Virus record (IMG/VR): IMGVR_UViG_3300044647_001247
Span: 32,001-96,000 of that record
DNA from: a virus
Length of the DNA: 64,000 nucleotides
Reading direction: 5' to 3' (one strand)
The notes beneath the pieces were generated by a model, which was given only the letters and a program-made list of their open reading frames with translations, ran no database searches and was not told the origin of the DNA. Shown piece by piece: positions 63,600 to 64,000 of this stretch. The translations under genes were made by a program, and so were the position numbers. Numbering within the stretch: position 1 is the first letter of the stretch; each line of letters starts with the position of its first letter.

Positions 63600-64000
63600 T
63601 TATTTAAAAAGTGATAATTGAACTGAGGATTTATATTTAATTATTTCCATTTGTTCTATTTGTTTGTATATTTCATTTAAGTAGTATTTCATATTAATAT
63701 CATACTCCTCAAATGGTTTTTGTTTATCTACATTGTTTACTACTGTTTGCATCCATTCTCCTGCCTCCACTTGAATTTGTCTACCATCAGGATGAGCTTT
63801 AACTAGCTTTACTCCACTATTAGAGATAAAGTATCTAACAATCTTTTGTAAAGATTTAGATTGATAAACACCTTCTTTTTTAATAGTAAGATTAAAAGCT
63901 GTATCTAAATTACAACCTGCCCAGTCTATGTTGACTTTTGGATTATCTCTCCATTCATCTTTAACATAGCTGTCCTCACTCCATTGAGTACTCCATCCAT
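63600..64000 (-). CDS. C-terminus of a family B DNA polymerase (gene starts beyond right edge; not in ORF track)
   Basis: Open frame ...LQKIVRYFISNSG...DGRQIQVEAG...YDINMKYYLNEIYKQI...QLSLFK*, resembling crAss-like PolB C-termini. Confidence 0.7.
   Translation of the reverse strand, partial: GWSTQWSEDSYVKDEWRDNPKVNIDWAGCNLDTAFNLTIKKEGVYQSKSLQKIVRYFISNSGVKLVKAHPDGRQIQVEAGEWMQTVVNNVDKQKPFEEYDINMKYYLNEIYKQIEQMEIIKYKSSVQLSLFK

Noticed and set aside
1-64000. Stop-codon reassignment (TAG or TGA), as seen in some crAss-like phages
   Set aside because: Genes up to 11.5 kb are open in code 11, coding density is high, and TAG (13518, 14971, 21389) and TGA (22045, 58416) act as real stops
1-64000. tRNA, rRNA or CRISPR arrays
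   Set aside because: Intergenic gaps are short and accounted for by terminators and promoter-like motifs; no cloverleaf or repeat-spacer pattern seen by eye

Overview
AT-rich 64-kb segment of a crAss-like (Crassvirales-related) podophage genome, probably infecting a Bacteroidota host (start codons have A-rich leaders with no Shine-Dalgarno). It uses standard genetic code 11. The + strand (1-58416) is the virion module, in order: end of a capsid-accessory gene, two tail-fibre cassettes (LamG, repeat adhesin, S74-chaperoned fibre), a Cys-rich/FN3 cluster, a metallophosphoesterase, an IHF/HU-like protein, ring and muzzle tail proteins, then six ejected 'cargo' proteins. The cargo set includes a 3834-aa virion RNA polymerase and a 2182-aa PD-(D/E)xK nuclease protein. 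A bidirectional terminator at about 58420 separates this from a - strand replication/nucleotide-metabolism module (cREC receiver, dCTP deaminase, dNMP kinase, DUF932, PolB C-terminus). Three observations stand out. (1) By eye, about 10,000 aa of cargo contain only four cysteines, all at facing termini of three consecutive proteins, which suggests a head-to-tail disulfide-linked ejection chain. (2) Two cargo proteins look like polyproteins punctuated by a recurring hydrophobic-x-x-G-G motif that brackets discrete modules (kinase-like domain, GH24 lysozyme, small basic domains). (3) A repeated late-promoter-like motif occurs five times, twice with a 7-bp-stem/3-nt-loop inverted repeat. All family calls come from motif recognition by eye; no searches were run.
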